Part shown: piece after piece, positions 16,337-20,000 of the stretch
How positions within the stretch are numbered: the stretch's first letter is position 1
Layout: the number at the start of each line of letters is the position of its first letter
IMG/VR virus record: IMGVR_UViG_3300048442_000810
Reading direction: 5' to 3' (one strand)
Origin: an uncultured virus (IMG/VR IMGVR_UViG_3300048442_000810)
Taxonomy: Duplodnaviria; Heunggongvirae; Uroviricota; Caudoviricetes
Length of the DNA: 20,000 nucleotides
Translations under genes and position numbers: made by a program
The notes under the pieces: model-generated
Seen by the model: the letters and a program-made list of their open reading frames with translations, nothing else
Database searches by the model: none
Told to the model about the DNA's origin: nothing

Positions 16337-16364
16337 AAAAAAAAAGTCAGGCACCAACCTGACT
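16337..16364 (-). terminator. Intrinsic terminator or attenuator directly before the RusA-like gene
   Basis: AGTCAGG-TTGGTG-CCTGACT followed by a T run. Confidence 0.75.
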
Positions 16365-16410
16365 GAATTCTAAGGAATAAACAATTTGTAAAAAAGAGTT
16401 GTTTAAGCTA

Positions 16411-16418
16411 CAAATATA
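16411..16418 (-). promoter_or_regulatory. Bacteroidota-type promoter
   Basis: TATATTTG, with TTTG at 16438-16435 (16-nt spacer, slightly short). Confidence 0.55.
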
Positions 16419-16457
16419 TAAAAAATTTATTAAACAAATCATTTTTGTGTTTTTTTT

Positions 16458-17093
16458 TTACAAGAACTTTAATCCTCTCTCGGTTACTTCTTGTATTGAT
16501 TTAAAATGTGATAATGAAAGTTGATAACTACCTTCATCACTCATTAGAACTTCAGCCTCTTTTAAATTGGTCATAAATCCATTTTCAGTTAATACTGAAG
16601 GCATTGATGTATATTTTAATACATAAAAATTAGCGGTTTTAATACCTCTATTTCTCCATTTCATCTCCTCAACAACATTATCATTAAATATGGATGCTAA
16701 TCTTAATCCTTTGTCTGATTTTGGATAATGATAAGTTGACAATCCGTGTGCATTATTCCAACCTTTTCCGTAAGCATTATGATGTATTGATACATATATA
16801 CAGTTATCTATCTTTTCAGCTATTAAATTAGCTTTTGAAACTCTATCGCTTAAAGAATTATCTCTCCATTCCTCTGATACTACACTATATTCGTAGTTGT
16901 TTTCATCTAGTAACTCTTTTAAACAATGTAAAACCTGTCTATTTCTTACTCCTTCATACAACACTTCTCCTGCATATTTATTTGGAGTAGGGAATACCGG
17001 GCTTCTTTTACCTCTTGTTTGATACTCTCCGGTTTCAGGATTCAATCCTCCGTGACCTGCATCTAATATCCAATGATATTTTTTAGTATTCAT
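16458..17093 (-). CDS. N-acetylmuramoyl-L-alanine amidase (Amidase_3), probable endolysin (start corrected to MNTKKY)
   Basis: WILDAGHGG, LYEG, SLSDRVSKAN, YVSIHHNA, FYVLKYTSMPSVLTENGFMTN. Confidence 0.93.
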   Translation of the reverse strand: MNTKKYHWILDAGHGGLNPETGEYQTRGKRSPVFPTPNKYAGEVLYEGVRNRQVLHCLKELLDENNYEYSVVSEEWRDNSLSDRVSKANLIAEKIDNCIYVSIHHNAYGKGWNNAHGLSTYHYPKSDKGLRLASIFNDNVVEEMKWRNRGIKTANFYVLKYTSMPSVLTENGFMTNLKEAEVLMSDEGSYQLSLSHFKSIQEVTERGLKFL

Positions 17094-17103
17094 ATACTTA
17101 TGT

Positions 17104-18072
17104 TTATTTAGGACCAAACGGAGGCATACCTCCTTCAGGTGCTTTAGGAAGCCCTCCAAATACCTCATTTTCATTTACTGTTTTAGGTGGAGCAAATCTA
17201 TTAGGATTTTGTCCTTGATTGCCTTGAGGACTGTTTTGTACTGCATTAGAGATTCCATAATTTTGTTGTGAATCAAAATAATTTTCTGTCCCCGGATTAT
17301 TATTTACATAATTCTTTATTGGGCTTTTGCTATCTCCTATACTTTCTGCAATTTTACTTGCATTAAAATATTTATTTTTAAAGTTGTCATCGTTAATAAT
17401 ACCCTGAGCCAATTGCTTACCAAAAACTTCATCAGAAGGAAAATGAACTCCTAAAATTATTCTTGATTTAGAGCATTTATCAGCAAATTTAGTTAGCATA
17501 TCTTGTTGGTCGGGATAACGAAAAGATAATATCTCTGCAAATACCCTGCTTTGTACTGTATGACCTGAAGGGTATGAAGGTGACTGAGCAGATACCGTAG
17601 GCATTGGGTTCAAAGGAAACTTATAAATATTTGCAAGTTGATAAGGTCTTATTCTATTATAATAAAATTTTAACTTCATTATAATTGGATTTATATCTTT
17701 ATATAATTCTTTTACAAAACCTTCAGGATTTGAAACTCCGCATTTATATGCAGTATCAAGAAACATTCCTTCTAAATCTTCATCAAATTTGATACTTAAC
17801 TCCACAACTTTATCGTGTTGGAGTTTTTCCATATCTTTTTGTATATCCTTTAACTCTTTAGCGGCATAAGTACCATCATTATTTGGATAGGGTTTATCCA
17901 TAAAATAATTTGCTATGTAATCAAAATCTCCTTCTTTTCTAATAAGTATATCTTGTGCTGCATTAGGATTTCCATATGTTAGATTATTAACAGGAATTAG
18001 CCCATACTTAGTTTCAGGTGTAGAAGTATTAATTGTTTGCTGAGTTCTTTTTCTTGTTCTTGTTCTAGCCAT
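17104..18072 (-). CDS. PAP2 / acid phosphatase / vanadium haloperoxidase superfamily protein, soluble
   Basis: All three motifs present: KFYYNRIRP, PSYPSGH, SRIILGVHFPSD. N/Q/P-rich tail. Confidence 0.88.
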   Translation of the reverse strand: MARTRTRKRTQQTINTSTPETKYGLIPVNNLTYGNPNAAQDILIRKEGDFDYIANYFMDKPYPNNDGTYAAKELKDIQKDMEKLQHDKVVELSIKFDEDLEGMFLDTAYKCGVSNPEGFVKELYKDINPIIMKLKFYYNRIRPYQLANIYKFPLNPMPTVSAQSPSYPSGHTVQSRVFAEILSFRYPDQQDMLTKFADKCSKSRIILGVHFPSDEVFGKQLAQGIINDDNFKNKYFNASKIAESIGDSKSPIKNYVNNNPGTENYFDSQQNYGISNAVQNSPQGNQGQNPNRFAPPKTVNENEVFGGLPKAPEGGMPPFGPK

Positions 18073-18081
18073 AATTATATA

Positions 18082-18516
18082 TTAAAAAAAGTAATCAAAA
18101 AGTGAATTTCCCTCTTGCTTAGGTTTAGACTCAGGCTCTTCTTTCAATTTTTCTTCTTCTAATCTTTTAGCTTCTGCCTGTTCTGTTCGCTTTAAATCCT
18201 CTTCTTCTTGAATTCTTTTTAGTTCTAAGGCTTCTTGTTGTAGTCTTTCTTCTTCTTTCTTTCTAGCTACGGCTTCTTGCCTTGTGGTATTCATATCTTC
18301 ATAAATCTGAACACAAACTGATTTTGATAATCTTATTAATTTTTGTGTGTCAGATTCTGATACTTCAAAATCTTTGCCTTTTTTTTCTGCTCTTGATTGC
18401 TTTAAAGAAACTCCTCTATGAAAATGATTAAAATCTTTTAAATAATTTTGTGCTTCTCTTGTCAGATTTTCTTTTTGAAGTTTCTGCTCTTCCATTAAAA
18501 CTTGGTGTGGGTACAT
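18082..18516 (-). CDS. Hypothetical charged coiled-coil protein
   Basis: E/K/Q-rich helix ending SLFDYFF. Confidence 0.7.
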   Translation of the reverse strand: MYPHQVLMEEQKLQKENLTREAQNYLKDFNHFHRGVSLKQSRAEKKGKDFEVSESDTQKLIRLSKSVCVQIYEDMNTTRQEAVARKKEEERLQQEALELKRIQEEEDLKRTEQAEAKRLEEEKLKEEPESKPKQEGNSLFDYFF

Positions 18517-18538
18517 AATGTATAAGTTTAGTTAATAA

Positions 18539-19132
18539 TTAATTTTGTGCACCGGGCTTCAATCTTCCGGATGCTATGTCGGCTCTTATCTCGCCTAATT
18601 TTTTAATCAAATCTTTTATTAATTGGTCTGCATCTTTTTTATATTGTATCATTTCAACACAATTTTTAACAATAGACTCAATATTGAATGCAATGGCTTT
18701 TTGTTCACTTTTGGTAATCTTCTGACCGGCATCAGATTTACTCTCAATAGTTTTAGCTTCATTTTTCAATGATGTACTTGGTTTTAATGAACCATCTTTG
18801 ATTGCTCTTCCTGATTTAATATTTTTTTCAGTTGTATCTTCTGCCTTTATATATCTTGCCTTCATCTCTGCTAGGATTTTATTACAATCCTCCTTAGAAT
18901 ATGTTCCTGCTATTTTCTTAGATTTTTTTTCTTTGGCTTTTTTGTCAGTTTCTGACTTTTTAGTTGCTTTAGCTTTTTCTTCATTCTCCAAGGCTTTAAG
19001 TGCTTCTTTAGCAGCTTTTATCCTAACCTCTACCTTATCAGCAAACTTTTTATTTCCTTTCTTTACAAAAGTAGATTTTAAGGCTTCTTGGCTCTTAATT
19101 TTCTTCTTTAATTCTTCTATTTTACTTGCCAT
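18539..19132 (-). CDS. Lys-rich basic helical protein, possibly DNA-binding
   Basis: 197 aa with very high Lys/Ala content. Confidence 0.7.
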   Translation of the reverse strand: MASKIEELKKKIKSQEALKSTFVKKGNKKFADKVEVRIKAAKEALKALENEEKAKATKKSETDKKAKEKKSKKIAGTYSKEDCNKILAEMKARYIKAEDTTEKNIKSGRAIKDGSLKPSTSLKNEAKTIESKSDAGQKITKSEQKAIAFNIESIVKNCVEMIQYKKDADQLIKDLIKKLGEIRADIASGRLKPGAQN

Positions 19133-19151
19133 TTTCTATTGTTTTATTTTA

Positions 19152-19159
19152 CAAATATA
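19152..19159 (-). promoter_or_regulatory. Bacteroidota-type -7 element
   Basis: Intergenic TATATTTG, 19 nt upstream of ATG 19132. Confidence 0.6.
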
Positions 19160-19207
19160 TTATTTTTTAAAATAACTTACTACATTTGTATGGTTAATTT
19201 AATATTA

Positions 19208-20000
19208 CTACTTTAATGTTGTTAACTTCTTTAAGTTTTTATCAATCAATTTTTGTATTGACTCTGCCCTAAATGAATTAATTCGTTTTTCATCTGATGT
19301 TACACTAGCATCTAAATTTTCTAAACTTACTTTTAATTGATTATAAAGATAGTCCAAACTAAAATTAACTTTTAGTGATTCATCTGACTTTAATTTTTTG
19401 ACTTTTCCTCCTTTTTTCATACGAGATTTTGCTCTAACTCTATCTGCTTTGCCCGATGAAATAGCACCAAAGTATCTTTTCTGTTTATCAGTTAATTTCT
19501 TTCCATTTGCAATACCATCATCTAGTATTTGTTTAGCTTTTGTAGGTGTAAGCCCTCCTTTTTTAAACTTTCCTTCGTTGTCAATATAATATAAATCTCC
19601 TTCATATTCAAAACCTATAGCTTCTTGACCCCATTTTCTAGCCCATTCTTTTACTTTAGAAACTACTTTTGCTTCATTCTTACTCCAATCCTTTTCATTA
19701 GCAAATACTGATACTTTAACTATATCTTCTTCTATTATTTCTCCTGACTGAGATTTGTAACCTCCATCTGTTTCGGTTTCAGTATATCCACCAAATTCAT
19801 TAGCTACATAATTTTCCACTTCTTTGACTCTGCTTTCTAACTCCTCCTCAGATATTTTATCTCCTACATTAGATGTAGATGGAACATAAATAACAAAATT
19901 CTTATCAAATTTAAATTCTTTTGACAAGGCACCACCTCTCTCATAAGGACTTGATACCCAAAGTTCTCCGCCTTTTTCCATCTTCAATTCCTTTTCATCT
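19208..20000 (-). CDS. C-terminal part of a modular protein with a DUF3574-like domain and [MFY]x[KR]GG linkers (5' end outside the window)
   Basis: The frame is open to the window edge (..DEKELKMEKGG). Domain FVIYVPST...FGGYT...GGY...GEIIEE...WGQEAIG. Linkers MEKGG, YERGG, FKKGG, MKKGG. Confidence 0.7.
   Translation of the reverse strand, partial: DEKELKMEKGGELWVSSPYERGGALSKEFKFDKNFVIYVPSTSNVGDKISEEELESRVKEVENYVANEFGGYTETETDGGYKSQSGEIIEEDIVKVSVFANEKDWSKNEAKVVSKVKEWARKWGQEAIGFEYEGDLYYIDNEGKFKKGGLTPTKAKQILDDGIANGKKLTDKQKRYFGAISSGKADRVRAKSRMKKGGKVKKLKSDESLKVNFSLDYLYNQLKVSLENLDASVTSDEKRINSFRAESIQKLIDKNLKKLTTLK

Larger units (their letters stand above)
1..20000 (-). mobile_element. Segment of a virus/provirus genome, probably a tailless membrane-containing dsDNA phage of Bacteroidota
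   Basis: Dense single-strand gene array with no housekeeping genes. Contains an A32/P9-like ATPase, an amidase lysin, a RusA-like nuclease, many small TM proteins and TAnnTTTG promoters. No genome ends or att sites are visible. Confidence 0.85.

Noticed and set aside
1594..17174. N-terminal extensions in the track (starts 1680, 4267, 14065, 15450, 16338, 17174)
   Set aside because: They overlap upstream genes or a terminator. Downstream ATGs at 1593, 4174, 14017, 15432, 16332 and 17093 fit the operon spacing better.
19181..19188. Plus-strand TACATTTG promoter-like box
   Set aside because: No credible plus-strand gene follows. An antisense transcript is possible but unsupported.
489..19589. 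All plus-strand ORFs in the track
   Set aside because: They are antisense shadows of minus-strand genes, with low-complexity Leu/Ser/Phe translations and no recognisable motifs.
1..20000. Eukaryotic virus (NCLDV, virophage or polinton) origin suggested by the A32-like ATPase and annexin-like domain
   Set aside because: The peptidoglycan amidase, coupled operons, intrinsic terminators and Bacteroidota promoters indicate a bacterial host.

Overview
AT-rich 20-kb segment of a virus or provirus genome. All ~37 credible genes lie on the minus strand in tightly coupled operons. Five intergenic TAnnTTTG boxes and A-rich starts without Shine-Dalgarno sequences point to a Bacteroidota host. No terminase, portal, HK97-type capsid or tail gene is recognisable in the window. 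Instead it contains an A32/PRD1-P9-like (FtsK-HerA superfamily) packaging ATPase and a beta-rich candidate jelly-roll major capsid protein with a structured leader and a terminator. Around these are about 15 small membrane-anchored proteins and a HExxH metalloprotease inside the structural operon. Accessory genes encode glycosyl- and methyltransferases, a RusA-like resolvase, a DnaA-domain-IV-like HTH protein, an Amidase_3 lysin and a PAP2 phosphatase. The best reading (inference) is a large tailless, membrane-containing dsDNA virus (Varidnaviria-like) of Bacteroidota. The most notable signals are: (1) a short aromatic-x-N-x-x-G motif shared by 11 structural proteins including the capsid candidate, which may be a maturation-cleavage signal for the co-encoded protease; (2) apparent absence of CCAG/CTGG and GATC together with excess CCGG; (3) two candidate structured RNAs. 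All family calls come from motif recognition by eye, without database searches.
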